Positions 1-11,872 of a stretch of DNA of 64,000 bases are shown here, piece by piece (positions within the stretch are counted from its first letter, which is position 1; every line of letters starts with the position of its first letter). The DNA lies in assembly GCA_964016885.1 (NCBI GenBank), contig OZ024750.1, positions 47,492,001 through 47,556,000 of the forward strand. The letters run 5' to 3'. A program made the translations under genes and the position numbers. The notes under the pieces were generated by a model. That model saw nothing but the letters and a program-made list of their open reading frames with translations, was not told where the DNA came from and made no database searches. The stretch comes from Eledone cirrhosa. Taxonomy: Eukaryota.

Positions 1-532
1 GGTCGTGCCTATTTCCATTAAAATATCTATATAAAACGGGTGAGATGTATTGAAAGATCTCATAATATTTCGTCTCCCAAAAGCATAGGATGGAAAGGGC
101 TGTCGGCGATACGATGTGAAAATGTCCATGGTCGGTTCTGAATATTAGCTCCCCTGTTCATGTCAGTTAGCCCAATGTGTATACATATACGTGAATTAAG
201 CCAAACTCTAACATCTGTAGGTTATATATGTATCCTTTTTCTATAGATATTTGTAACGCGTACAGCAGGAGAAGCAAAAACCAAATCAATACAAGATTTC
301 AAAGATTACGAAAACATTCAGAATGATAAATTTGAGAATATTTATATATTCAGTGTAGTTTAACTATATATAGATCATTTTGTTGTGAGAGGGAGGGTTT
401 ATCATATCGATACTAGACTTTCGGAACATATATAGATATATAGAAAAAACACAGATATATGCAAAACAGTTTGTTAGATATTTATATGTACATACGTAAA
501 TGTATATATCAATCATACGATTGTGTATGTAA

Positions 533-671
533 ATATATATATATGATTATATATGTATATATATATATATATATGATTATATATATATATATGATTATAT
601 ATATATATATATATATATATATGATTATATATATATATATATATATATATAATTATATATATATATATATG

Positions 672-746
<75 letters not shown>
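533..746. repeat. (TA)n microsatellite array periodically interrupted by GAT (continues in 875-1188)
   Basis: Seen directly: tatatatatgattatatata units. Confidence 0.95.
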
Positions 747-748
<2 letters not shown>

Positions 749-871
749 CGAAGGAAATGTGGTAAGGAACCAGGTGGACCATAACGCACCAAAGTACTCA
801 ATACTTGAGGTAGTAGAGTAGCCGTCGAAACGGCTTGAGCTCAGCTGTCGGGGTCTTACTGGTTCCTGGTT

Positions 872-874
<3 letters not shown>
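747..874. mobile_element. Family G two-armed micro-insertion (PLE pLTR-derived) in (TA)n
   Basis: 747-820 is the reverse complement of the tail at 22150-22224; 821-874 matches the HHR 3' half gccgtcGAAACggc..gctGTCggggt at 22098-22143. Confidence 0.75.
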
Positions 875-913
<39 letters not shown>

Positions 914-963
914 TATATATATATAAATATATATATATATATGATTATATATATATATATATA

Positions 964-1012
964 TTCCTGATGATTTCTAAAGAATGAAACAGTTCTAGTC
1001 CTGTAGAATCTC
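964..1012 (+). mobile_element. Family B fragment (ctgatga..gaaac motif), TA/CT flanked
   Basis: Near-identical to the arms of the 5519-5697 foldback. Confidence 0.6.
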
Positions 1013-1050
<38 letters not shown>

Positions 1051-1051
1051 G

Positions 1052-1133
<82 letters not shown>

Positions 1134-1145
1134 TTTATATTTACA

Positions 1146-1194
<49 letters not shown>

Positions 1195-1691
1195 ATGTTT
1201 ATGTAAGTACCAACGCACACACACAATAATATATATATATAGAGAGAGATGCGGCATGTTTTGAATCATTATGTGTGAATGTGTGTGTATATATATTTAT
1301 ATATATACCATCGGGCATATATAGAAATATGCGACCTTAAATGCGCTACGGTGCCACCATAAATTTTGTTGAAAAACAGAAACTCAAATGGAAGGAAAAT
1401 CGATATATATGATATAGGTTATGTCCATTCATGACCAGAAGTTTTTAGTACTATCAATCTTGTATTAGGATATAGATCAGTTGATACTGTGTAACATTTG
1501 ACATCATGCATTGGGCGGATATGCGTACTGGCCATTGATCATTTGTGATAATGTTGGTGGTATATATTTAGTTACAGAGAGATTTGGGTGCATATACATA
1601 CACGATAGCCGCACGTTCAAACACACACTTATTTTCAGAGACACATACATACACACACATACACACACACACACACACTCACACACACACT

Positions 1692-1729
<38 letters not shown>

Positions 1730-1730
1730 T

Positions 1731-2063
1731 ATGAATGAAGTAATTCCGTTGGAAAAGTCCAGGAAAAAAGAGTGCTCTATGTAGGTAACAGGGCTTAATA
1801 GTTATGTAATAAACAACATAAGGCAATTATCCATTTACCAGTGGTTTCTTAAAAGCAAAAAGTTTTGCTTTCAATCATCAGAATGAAAAAAATCCTAGTC
1901 TATTTATTGAATTGGATTCTTAAAAAAAAAAACGTTTTTTTTTTTTAAGAATCCAATTCAGGAAATAGACCAGGACTTTTTCATTCTGATGATTGAAAGC
2001 AAAACTTTTTGCTTTTAAGAAAACACTGGTTAATGGAATAATTGCCTTATGTTGTTTATTACA

Positions 2064-2070
<7 letters not shown>
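1731..2070. mobile_element. Family A foldback insert: arms 1798-1933 / 1934-2070, 3' extension 1731-1797
   Basis: Long inverted repeat centred on aacgtt, flanked by (TA)n; homologues at 22304, 22659 and 46706. Confidence 0.85.
1830..1887 (-). ncRNA. Minimal type I hammerhead ribozyme (family A)
   Basis: UUCAUU CUGAUGA UUGAAAGCAAA..UUUGCUUUUAA GAAA CC ACU GG UA^AAUGGA: all three stems pair and the core is intact. The mirror copy at 1980-2037 (+) has stem III mutations. Confidence 0.85.
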
Positions 2071-2132
<62 letters not shown>

Positions 2133-2133
<1 letters not shown>

Positions 2134-2969
2134 TTTTGAGTTTATGTTGGTTGTATAACAATACCTCAGTATGCAGGCTGGAGCACTCGACGAAGTGCGC
2201 AGGTTGGTTTGGTTACTCCGGAGTAGTGTAAAATAAAGTTAAATAAAAGTCAAATGATTAAAATTTAGCTTCGTTTATTACTGCTATATATATATTTCAG
2301 TGACAGCCATCTTTGGCTGTGATCTCTTCAGGCAGTTTGAATTAGTATGGTATAGACAAGTACATATGTTGTTTAGGTGTATAATATTGTCAATACTCTG
2401 ATATGCCCAGTTTCTTGTTGGATTGTTAATTCACTGAGGAACTGGAGTCATATGAATTCAAACAAACGAATTTCAGTGTCAAAGGTCGCCTTCTCCTCTC
2501 ATTGGTCAGTTATTAGAACATTCCTCATTCTAAGTGTTGTTATTGTTGGAGTTAGCTTAAAAATTGATAAAATGGTAGAAGGGACACGATGTTATTTTGT
2601 TCCTTTAAGACCTTATCCCTTCTATCATTTTATCAATTTTTAAGCTAACTCCAACAATAACAACACTTAGAATGAGGAATGTGCTAATAACTGACCAATG
2701 AGAGGAGAAGGCGACCTTTGACACTGAAATTCGTTTGTTTGAATTCATATGACACCAGTTCCTCAGTGAATTAACAACCCAACAAGGAACTGGGCATATC
2801 AGAGTATTGACAATATTATACACCTAAACAACATATGTACTTGTCTATACCACACTAATTCAAACTGCCTGAAGGGGTCACAGCCAAAGATGGCTGTCAC
2901 TGAAATATATATAGCAGTAATAAACGAAGCTAAATTTTAATCATTTGACTTTTATTTAACTTTACTTTA
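2133..2969. mobile_element. Family D foldback: about 360-bp arms 2228-2594 / 2597-2969, probable extension 2133-2227
   Basis: Highly similar inverted arms; single-arm homologue at 53501-53875. Confidence 0.9.
2280..2336 (-). ncRNA. Minimal hammerhead ribozyme (family D)
   Basis: ACUGC CUGAAGA gaucACAGCCA aaga UGGCUGUcacu GAAA (UA)n UA^GCAGU; stem I is 5 bp and stem III is a palindromic AU run; the base of stem II is imperfect. Confidence 0.7.
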
Positions 2970-2990
2970 TATATATATATATATATATAT

Positions 2991-3031
2991 AAAGGTCATA
3001 ACCCCGACGGCTGAGCTCCGGCCGTTTCGCT
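2991..3031 (-). mobile_element. Family G fragment (HHR 3' half)
   Basis: Reverse complement reads gcGAAACggccggagctcagccGTCggggtt. Confidence 0.65.
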
Positions 3032-3086
3032 ATACATATATATGTATACACACACCTTTATATATATATACTATATACTACATATA

Positions 3087-3154
<68 letters not shown>

Positions 3155-4228
3155 ATTTTCCGCAAAGTCTCGAGAAGGTGCACCAACTAAATATACATTT
3201 TCTGAGCGACTATATTGATTGAGTTAAATAACATAATATATTTAATATCGAAATGACTTCTGCAGGACTAAAACTTAAACACCTATTATAGGGGTATTAT
3301 CTACGGCCTACAAATGCAATTTGTGGTAATAGCTGGTAACGGATTTCCTCAGCCTTATATGTATAAACAAACAGCAGAATCCGAATTCAATATTATCCAA
3401 GAGAATACTACATACTTCCTTATTATTTCGGCTGATCCAGTTATTTATTACTTTATTTTTTCTCTGATATTTATTCATTTTCTTTGAACTGCAGGGCAAT
3501 AAATATGTTTATGTCCTAAAACGGAGTGTGACAAATGAAAGCTGAATTGTAAACCTCATTTCCATCCAGGCTCTGTGGATGAGTATATGCGCAGATGATG
3601 TATCACGGAAACCCATTACCTATTCATGCTTTGCTTCATTACATACTCATATACAACAAACCATTATACGAATGATTTCGCACGACTCATTCTGAAAAGC
3701 AAAATCAAATGTAAAGAAGACAGACTGAAAACAGATGCGAATATTAGATAATTACATAGCGAAAAATTCGGGAGATAAGGCTCGTGCCGATTATACTCAT
3801 TTATATAACAATCGGTATGTATGCGAATAAAATAGGCTACGACCTATTAATTTATTGTCCTCCTTGTTTTGACAACTGTTACTTACATAGCGAAACATAT
3901 GGCTCTATGTAACGAATTACATTTATTTAAAATGTAATACAAAATAATATTATGATGCATTGCAACATTTTGGACGAATGCCATATTAAATTTGGCATCA
4001 AATATTTCTTTTGAATACAACAACAAACACATTTTAACATTCCCTGGCTTCAAACGTTACTAATTATTGCATATACATTGTATTTAGCTTGTAGGTTTCG
4101 CAGATTGTTTGTTGTACTTAATGTGCACTTCCAATTTCTGTAAATATCACACACACATATATACATATATTTATTTATTTATGTATTTATCATTTATATA
4201 ACATGTGCATACCTGTCCATCTAGATAA

Positions 4229-4340
<112 letters not shown>

Positions 4341-4512
4341 TTATATATATATATATGAGTGTATATACGGATAGATATGTATGTTAATGTGCGTGCGAGG
4401 GTGTAACCGTTTTGGCGTGATATACTAATACATTTATATATAAGATAACAAATAAATGCATTAGACGCAATATATATCTCGCTATTTTATGCATCAATAT
4501 AGTTCAGAGCTT

Positions 4513-4830
4513 TGTGCTTAGACAGTTGTATTTATACTTGTGAGATTCTGAATTCGATTCCCGGACCAGATGGAGAGTTTTGTTCTCAAGTGAGAAGCTA
4601 TATTTCACGTTGCTCAAGTTCAATCAACTCCAGTAATGTGATGCAGCATCGCCCATGTCACAATATATATGATCTTTGCCTTTCCTTGGACAAATTTGGA
4701 GACATGTAGAATGAAGACTTGCATACATAGGAAACTGTTACTCTTCGACAAAAACACCTTGGCCGGTTGCTTCCTTCTGAACGGTGCTTTCTAGATATAA
4801 ATTCCATCGTTATTCGCGACCGAAGGTATT
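4513..4830 (+). mobile_element. Degenerate tRNA-derived SINE
   Basis: B-box-like gaattcgattccc followed by atttcacgttgctc, similar to 28749-29020. Confidence 0.45.
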
Positions 4831-5470
4831 ATTGACCCTATTATGCATTTAAACATGATGTTAGACAGGCAAAGAGGTAAATATATTGATATATAGTCGC
4901 ATTCATGTATGAAATGTCTTGATAAGTATATAGCTATAGGCATAGTGTTTGAAACATTAAAGCATGAGATATTAGATATACCAACATATTACTTCATAAC
5001 ATGCAACAGTTTTGTAAGTATCGGTTGAAGGTGGGAGAAGGTTTTAAATTAGACGGAATTCAAAAAATGATATATTGACTTATTCGCAGAGAGATAGATT
5101 AACATGGGGGTGGGGAAAACAGACAGGTAGACTGACAGGTAGATTGATTGTTTGGGGAGTGTGTGCATTTCTCAGCTAAAACATGCAATAAAGAGAGATA
5201 TTTTAATTGAAAGTATCCAGACTGAAGAATGTGCCAAAATACGAGAAGAAGAACGTGTTATTATTACAGATATAAAGAGAAAAATTGACAGAGCGCGGGG
5301 TTATATTTAAATGTGGGGAGTGTAGTTAGTGGTGGTTGTGAGCCATTGCCTTTAATGGAGATTTTAATATGGAAAATTTGTCCGAAGAAAATTAATTTTA
5401 AGAAAGAAACAAAGTGAGAGGCCAATATTTATAGACAGGAATGTACAGGGCAATATTCAGACGTAGGGTG

Positions 5471-5518
<48 letters not shown>

Positions 5519-5520
<2 letters not shown>

Positions 5521-5697
5521 TGATATTATAAAGGACTAGAAGTGTTTCATTCTCTAGAAATCATCAGGAATCAGAATTCTAAAGAATGAAACAGTTCTAG
5601 TCCTGTAGAATCTCATCTATATTAAAACTGTTATACTCTGCAATGTATTAAGTACCTTACTTACTGTGGTTACCTCCAATTCAACCCGGAATAACGT
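5519..5697. mobile_element. Family B foldback with 3' extension
   Basis: aggactagaagtgtttcattct..agaatgaaacagttctagtcct inverted arms in (TA)n; diverged relative at about 6915-7035. Confidence 0.7.
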
Positions 5698-5786
5698 ATA
5701 TATATATATATATATATATATATCCAGGAAAAACTTGAACCGTTAAGATCTCCTTCCTGGATATGTCAATATTTATGAAACACATT

Positions 5787-5847
5787 TGTTTTATCTGATG
5801 AGTGCGTGCCAATATTTTGGTACATTTGAAATATATATAATAGAATA
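5787..5847 (+). ncRNA. Minimal hammerhead ribozyme (family E, single arm about 5760-5890)
   Basis: UGUUUUAU CUGAUGA gugcGUGCCAA..UUGGUACauuu GAAA UAUAUA UA^AUAGAAUA. Confidence 0.75.
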
Positions 5848-5905
5848 AATATGGTTTTATAAATACAGTTTCCATTTATTAATGTCATTGATATATATAT
5901 ATATA

Positions 5906-6840
5906 GTATAAAAGAGAAAACACAGGTAAGCATTAAGAGAAGGATTTTATCCAGGTATTTACGACCGTTTCATTGGTAAGTGCAACCTTATATTGCTATA
6001 CTGCAAATAGCAGCCACTCAATTATAATTGTTGTTCACGGTCCAAATTTTAAAAATAGTAAGTTACTCTTGAAATAATTCTTAATATATATAGAGAAAAA
6101 ACATTTATTTGGAATTGTATTTACTAGTATAGAGAGAGAGGAATCAGAAGGTGAGGGGACAAACGGAATAGTATAGAGAGAGAGGGAGGGGGATGTAGGA
6201 AGTAGAGTGACAAACTGAGATGGAGTGAGGTGTAGAGGTGGAAGGATTATTTGGTCAGTTTTGATAGCAGACTTCATGTCGTGGAATGTAGTGAGTTAAA
6301 GAGAATTAAAGTGATCATAGTGGGAGGGATGGATAGAGAGAGTGAGAGAGAGGGGGGGGGGGGATATAAAGAGATAAATATTTATATATATATATATATA
6401 TAAAGATAAAGATAATAAGGACAAAAATAAAAGCAAATAAGTGGGTGAGAAAGAAGAAAAGAGAAGATAGCCAAGAAGGGGAGGGAAGGAAGGAAGAAAA
6501 CGAAGAAATAGAAGATGAATGAGGGAGAAGAGAGGGATATATGCATTGGTTTGTGGGTAATTAAAAGGGTTCAGTTACAAGAGGGTATAAAGTCTAAGTA
6601 TATGCAGTTTGTCAGTTGGTAGTAAGAGGTTAAGGTTTTGATTTGTAGTGCGAAAACTTCTCTTTGGGTCTATGGTTACAATAAATTGATCTTCGATTTT
6701 ATTGTTGAGTAACTTATTCTTCGAACTCAAGATGTGGAACAGCTCAAGGTCGCATAATCGACAGCTTCTCATACCACTCCGATATGGGGCGCGTTCGATA
6801 TTTTTTTCCACTTCAGGGTGTATTGATGGTGTTTACTAGC
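5906..6840 (-). mobile_element. Penelope-like retroelement 3' fragment (GIY-YIG C-terminus plus 3' UTR/pLTR) ending in (TA)n
   Basis: Translates APYRSGMRSCRLCDLELFHILSSKNKLLNNKIE (PLE CxLC..E..LN motif); paralogue at 54676-55178; HHR 3' half gaaacggtcgta near 5960-5971. Confidence 0.75.
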
Positions 6841-7034
6841 TGCGGTCATATTCATTCCCGGGAGTCGAGTGGTTAGCTGAACCATAGATGGGGTGGCGCC
6901 GATAGTATATATATGCATTCTTATGAAATCTCCCGAATGAAAGAGTTCTAGTCCGGTAAAAGCTATTTCTATATCAACTATTTATACTCTGCTATGTATT
7001 GAGAAGTTTATTTAGGTTGCCCCCAGGATAAACT

Positions 7035-7115
<81 letters not shown>

Positions 7116-7120
<5 letters not shown>

Positions 7121-7428
7121 ACAAATAACAAGGACGATTGTTTATTTCTTCATTACATTTATTGATTGTTGACGCGCGTTTCGCCACTGATCAGCTCAAC
7201 GTTTGATCTGTATCGATCTCACCTGACTCTGTAATCTGCAGCCCGTCGGTCCCCTTATAATACTAGTCGAAAACATCGATACAGATCAAACATTGAGCTG
7301 ATCAGTGGCGACACGCACGTCACCAAATAATAAATGTAATGAAGGAGTAACCAATTGTGCTTGTCATATTATCACTATAATACACTTTGCCTACCTCTAT
7401 ACCTTGACACCGAAGTGAACCTAAACAC
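7116..7428. mobile_element. Family F foldback: arms 7116-7217 / 7275-7376, extension to about 7428
   Basis: Inverted arms contain GAAACGCGCGUC; homologue at 11340-11615 includes the same extension. Confidence 0.75.
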
Positions 7429-7444
7429 ATATATATAACATACA

Positions 7445-7479
<35 letters not shown>

Positions 7480-7480
<1 letters not shown>

Positions 7481-7519
7481 CGAAACGGCTTGAGCTCAAT
7501 CGTCGGGGTCCTACTCGTT

Positions 7520-7522
<3 letters not shown>
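7480..7522 (+). mobile_element. Family G fragment ending at ttcct|ata
   Basis: cGAAACggcttgagctcaatcGTCggggtcctactcgttcct between (TA)n tracts. Confidence 0.7.
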
Positions 7523-7601
<79 letters not shown>

Positions 7602-7619
7602 TAAATATATATATGTATG

Positions 7620-7660
<41 letters not shown>

Positions 7661-8097
7661 ATAGTCTCAGGGATCAACCACGCCCAAACTACACAATAGA
7701 CATTCAGGTAATGACACCTTTATGCAACTGCAGAACCCCACATTATGCCATTATGCCTCCTTCGTAATGAATGCCTTCTGTCAAATATAGTATACATATG
7801 CAAAGTTTCAATCCCCAACTCGGAGCACCATAACAGAGGAGTCACATCTATGAACTTCAAGGACCGATGACATAAGCACCACCATTGATCTGGAAGCTCA
7901 AGCTGGACAAGACATCGTAATGCTTGGTCTGGTCCAAGATTCGGGAGGCGCCACCTGACGGATGGTCATATGGCATCTGTAACCACTGTATGAGTGATAT
8001 ACTCAGTGGTGGGAGTAATCTAATCAACATTTGAACCGATTTCTTTGGTACGAGTAGACACCTTTGGAAGGTAACTTTCTTCAAGCTATATCAATAG
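7661..8097 (+). pseudogene. Decayed Penelope-like (Neptune-type) Cys-rich linker plus GIY-YIG endonuclease
   Basis: Manual translation: [37 protein letters not shown] / LIWKLKLD..CNHC..LINI*TDFFGTSRH; contains stops and frameshifts. Confidence 0.8.
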
Positions 8098-8569
8098 CAA
8101 CCTGTTAGGACGGGAACTTTCCTCAAGTTATATGGATAACAATCCTGTCAAACTGAATCGCCGGGACACAAATCACACCCCCTATACCTCCACTCTTCTC
8201 TCGCTTCACTCTCATTTCCATAACTTGAACATAAGTTAGCGGACACTAGCTAATTAGTGAAGCGATGTGCGTCGACTGAGTCCCACCCTGTGTGTTACCA
8301 GGCACTCCACGATTCCGACCAGCGCGCCTCACCACCCAACCACTGCTTGTGATCCGATTATCCGAAATATATGCTACCTCAAACCACACCCCTTTCGAAT
8401 GGAAGAGTCAATACTAACTACTACACGTAGGTTTGTTTGTATACGTGTTTACACGTAATGTTGTGCGTCGACGTACGTTTCCGGGTGTGTAGTTAATGTT
8501 TAAAATACGGATTGTGATTTTTAAACTTCTAGCTTTTAACATGTATTCGTTTTAACACATATGTTGTAG

Positions 8570-9300
8570 CATCTGCCACTCCATCACCGCCTTGCCTACT
8601 TTCGTGCGGCCTCCAAACACCACAGTGGTGCTTGGCTCCTTGCCCTGTCCTCCTTCGCTACTGGGGCGAAGCTAGACAACAATAGCCTGCGCATCGATGT
8701 TTCCTTGAGGCTCGGTCTCCGGACCTGCGAGACACACCAATTTCAATGATAATCCACCGTGGACTCTTTCGGCCTCTACCCGCTTTCCCGTCAGCACAGT
8801 GCCGGCCGCATTCCACACCATTTTTCCCTCAACAGGGTCATAAAGCATGGCTTGGACGCTGCGGGCTTTCCTTGCCAGCTCGATCCGGTGGGGATAGAAC
8901 GGGGAGACGGCAAAAGGCCAGATGGCATGACTATCTTCCCGTTCCGCGGTGGAAACCCCCTCGTCTGCGATGCTACTTGAACACAAATTTCTGCAGCAGC
9001 AACCTGGTGAAGTCTGCGACTAAACAAGATTCTTCTGCACGTCGGGCGCAGGAGGCCAAACTCCTCAAATACCAGTCGCTCTCCGACATGTTTACGGTTG
9101 TTACGCTGGCAGTGGAGACTTATCGTGTCCTCCGCCCTAGAGATACCTCCCTACTCACAACCATAGGCGCTGAGCTGCCCAGCCGCAGGTGTGAACCCGG
9201 CGAGTTGGAGTAGCTTTTCCAGCGCATCTCCCATGCCGTCCCTCGGGGAAACCCCTTCTCCATCCTGTCCGCCGGGGTTATGGGGCGCCCCAATCGCGTA
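8570..9300 (+). pseudogene. CRE-clade non-LTR retrotransposon C-terminus (zinc-knuckle region plus restriction-like endonuclease), degenerate
   Basis: [72 protein letters not shown]. Confidence 0.85.
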
Positions 9301-10003
9301 ACATTCAATATTTACGTATCTGTGTTCTAACATGTAGACGTACGTCTTTAGCATAGTGCTGTGTCCCTAAACGAAGTTTATTTCCTTTAATGGTTACAAT
9401 GAAATTTTTCTGCAGTATGTATACAATGAGATATGATTAAAATGTAGACGTTTTAATGTTCACAGTCCACACATTTAAGAGCTAATGGTAGAGAGAATAA
9501 CTGGACTCTCTCAGTTTACATACATAAATTCATCCTTGACAACACAACAGGGGATTGTAGTTGACCGGCAGGCTGACTTGCTCACACCATTACCACTAAC
9601 ACTACAGTGAAGTAGGTCAACCCGACCAGAATATACATACAGTTAAAAGCAATAACAGGCTGGTCTGTTTCTAGGAGATCTGACTGAAGGATTTCAATAG
9701 ACTTTCGGCTGGGGGAGGTATGATATCTGACCAATGAGGTGAGGGCATCTATTTTGGATGCTGAAATTCCTTCATTCTATACCATATGCTTTCAGTTCCT
9801 TAGAGGACAAACACCACAATGGAGCTGAGTCTATAAATGAATTAACAAGGTAAAATCTATTACAGCATTGTTTTCCATTGTTATTCTGTTCAAGTTCTAA
9901 CTGCCTCATTAGGTCATAGCTGTTGAACAATGGCGATCACCGAAATGTATATGGCAGGAAATATGAATGAACGAATCTAATTTTACACTGTTGACTTACA
10001 CTT

Positions 10004-10039
<36 letters not shown>

Positions 10040-10804
10040 CAACCACGAAACCCCGTGTTATAGTCTACGATATTATTTTCCTCCTTTTCGTTAGAGGCAG
10101 AGAGTGAGAATTGCATGAAATACACATGGAGGCTAAAACGGAACATGGCCCACTACACGCTGTGTTGGTGCACACTCATATATATATTTCCATATGTCAC
10201 CGAATCCTTTTCGTAGGCTGTGATCTTTGCACAACGGAAACTCTACATATTTTTAGTAGACACCAGGTGATTTATAAACAATATCTAAAACTTTCCTGAG
10301 ATTATAAAGTTTGCATATTCCGTACACAATAACTTCCACATACTCATTAACATAATTACTAAACCTATCAATTCAGAGTGACATTATATAGTTACACACG
10401 AATCTCCTTCTCTAATAATACGGAGCCCGAAATTATAAACAAATGTCAGAGAAAAGAGCGTCTTCCTCCTTCTATCTGCCTACTAAAATAGCCATACAAA
10501 ACATGTGGAATGCCACCTCAGCGCTATTAACACCAATAGCATGTCAAACACAAAAACTCACAACGTTCTACCTGTCTGAAGCGAACGCGTCAAAGGTCCA
10601 TAATGCTATCACTTTGGTCTTCAAATTACAGATATCAGGATTTTATAATAAACAAATGATGTACAATTAAAACCGTCTCTAGTGTCTGTAGTATCAACAC
10701 ATCTGTTGATAACTTATTGGAACATAAGTCATACAGCGTTCTACATCTGTTTACTACCAAAGATGGTGGATTATCTGATCAACCAACTTTCGTAAATTGA
10801 GCTA

Positions 10805-10853
<49 letters not shown>

Positions 10854-10980
10854 CGTTTCTGAATTTGTTTAGCAAAATTCTTTATCTGAAATCGTGTGTT
10901 GAAACCGATATTGTTATCCGTTGGGAGGGTCATGTTGCCAATAAGAAACACACGCACCAGTTGCTTTCACACGCAGACAC

Positions 10981-11038
10981 CCGGATGTGGCGCATGCGCA
11001 GACTGAGCACACAACACACACACAGAAACAAAATGGCG
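10981..11038 (+). promoter_or_regulatory. Candidate internal promoter: ETS-like ccggatgtg, NRF1-like gcgcatgcgca, YY1-like caaaatggcg
   Basis: Motif matches upstream of the HHR; aaaatggcgtagg is conserved in a diverged relative (53445-53460, minus). Confidence 0.4.
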
Positions 11039-11084
11039 TAGGACAGAACAAAGTAGAGGCACAGAAACAAAGAAAGGAATCCCC

Positions 11085-11129
11085 AGTCACTGAAGAGGTC
11101 ACAAAGTGTGTGACGAAAGAACTATGACT
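11085..11129 (+). ncRNA. Minimal hammerhead ribozyme with an extra nucleotide after A9 (family C)
   Basis: AGUCA CUGAAGA g GUCACA..UGUGAC GAAA GaaC UA^UGACU. Confidence 0.7.
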
Positions 11130-11271
11130 ATATATAAACAACTATCTGGTTGTCGAACCAACCAACCAACCAGAAATTTATAAATTTATAAATTTATAAA
11201 TATATAATAAATTGAAGTGAAAGCACCTGGTGCGTGTGTTTCTTATTGGCAACATGACCCTCCCAAAGTAT

Positions 11272-11339
<68 letters not shown>

Positions 11340-11341
<2 letters not shown>

Positions 11342-11615
11342 AGGGAGTGTAACGTAAAGTTTCTGTAGGTTCACCCAGGTGAACACTCAAGATTTAGGTT
11401 TACGTCAGTGGCGAGGTGTAGAGCTAAACAGAGTGTAATATCATAATACAAGGACGTTTATTTGAGCTTTCATTACAATAGCAGAGGTCCAGCGACCTTT
11501 TGATAACAGAGTCGGACCAGATCGATACAGATAGAACCTTGAGCTTCAATACCGAAACGCGCGTCACCAATCAAGAAACGTAATTGACGGTTAACAAATA
11601 TTCCAAGTATTATTA
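11340..11615. mobile_element. Family F second copy (two-armed, diverged)
   Basis: Shares atcgatacagat..gagct..GAAACGCGCGTCaccaa and the extension with 7116-7428. Confidence 0.65.
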
Positions 11616-11639
11616 TAATATATATATATATATATATAT

Positions 11640-11697
11640 CGGATCTAGCTGTCGAAACGGCAGGAGCTCAGCCGTCGGGGTCCTGACTATTTTCCTA
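11640..11697 (+). mobile_element. Family G fragment ending at ttcct|ata
   Basis: gtcGAAACggcaggagctcagccGTCggggtc. Confidence 0.7.
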
Positions 11698-11872
11698 TAC
11701 ATACATATATATATATTTTATTCAATATCATATCAATATCTACTTAACATATTAGGATACCATGTCCGACAAAACAAAACAATACCCAAGAAAATGTACA
11801 CTTACCATATATTACACACACACACATGTTTGTCTTGTCATTTCTTAACGATATATATATATATATATATAT

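Larger units (their letters stand above)
10851..11278. mobile_element. Family C two-armed insert (long arm 10851-10970, short arm ends 11278)
   Basis: 10908-10970 is inverted relative to 11217-11278; homologues at 20639-20995, 38826-39030 and 53178-53465. Confidence 0.8.

Noticed and set aside
964-1012. Family B ctgatga..gaaac as a complete hammerhead
   Set aside because: I could not find convincing stem I and stem III pairing; kept only as a repeat family
2377-2823. Paralogous ORFs MYNIVNTLICPV.. (2377+, 2605-, 53644+) suggesting a small gene family
   Set aside because: They are the antisense strand of the family D repeat arms, start at GTG and have no recognisable domain
1798-2969. Foldbacks as MITEs or Tc1-mariner derivatives with TA target duplications
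   Set aside because: The arms are asymmetric, single-arm copies exist, inner junctions vary and the arms contain ribozyme motifs; a retroelement origin fits better, though this is not formally excluded
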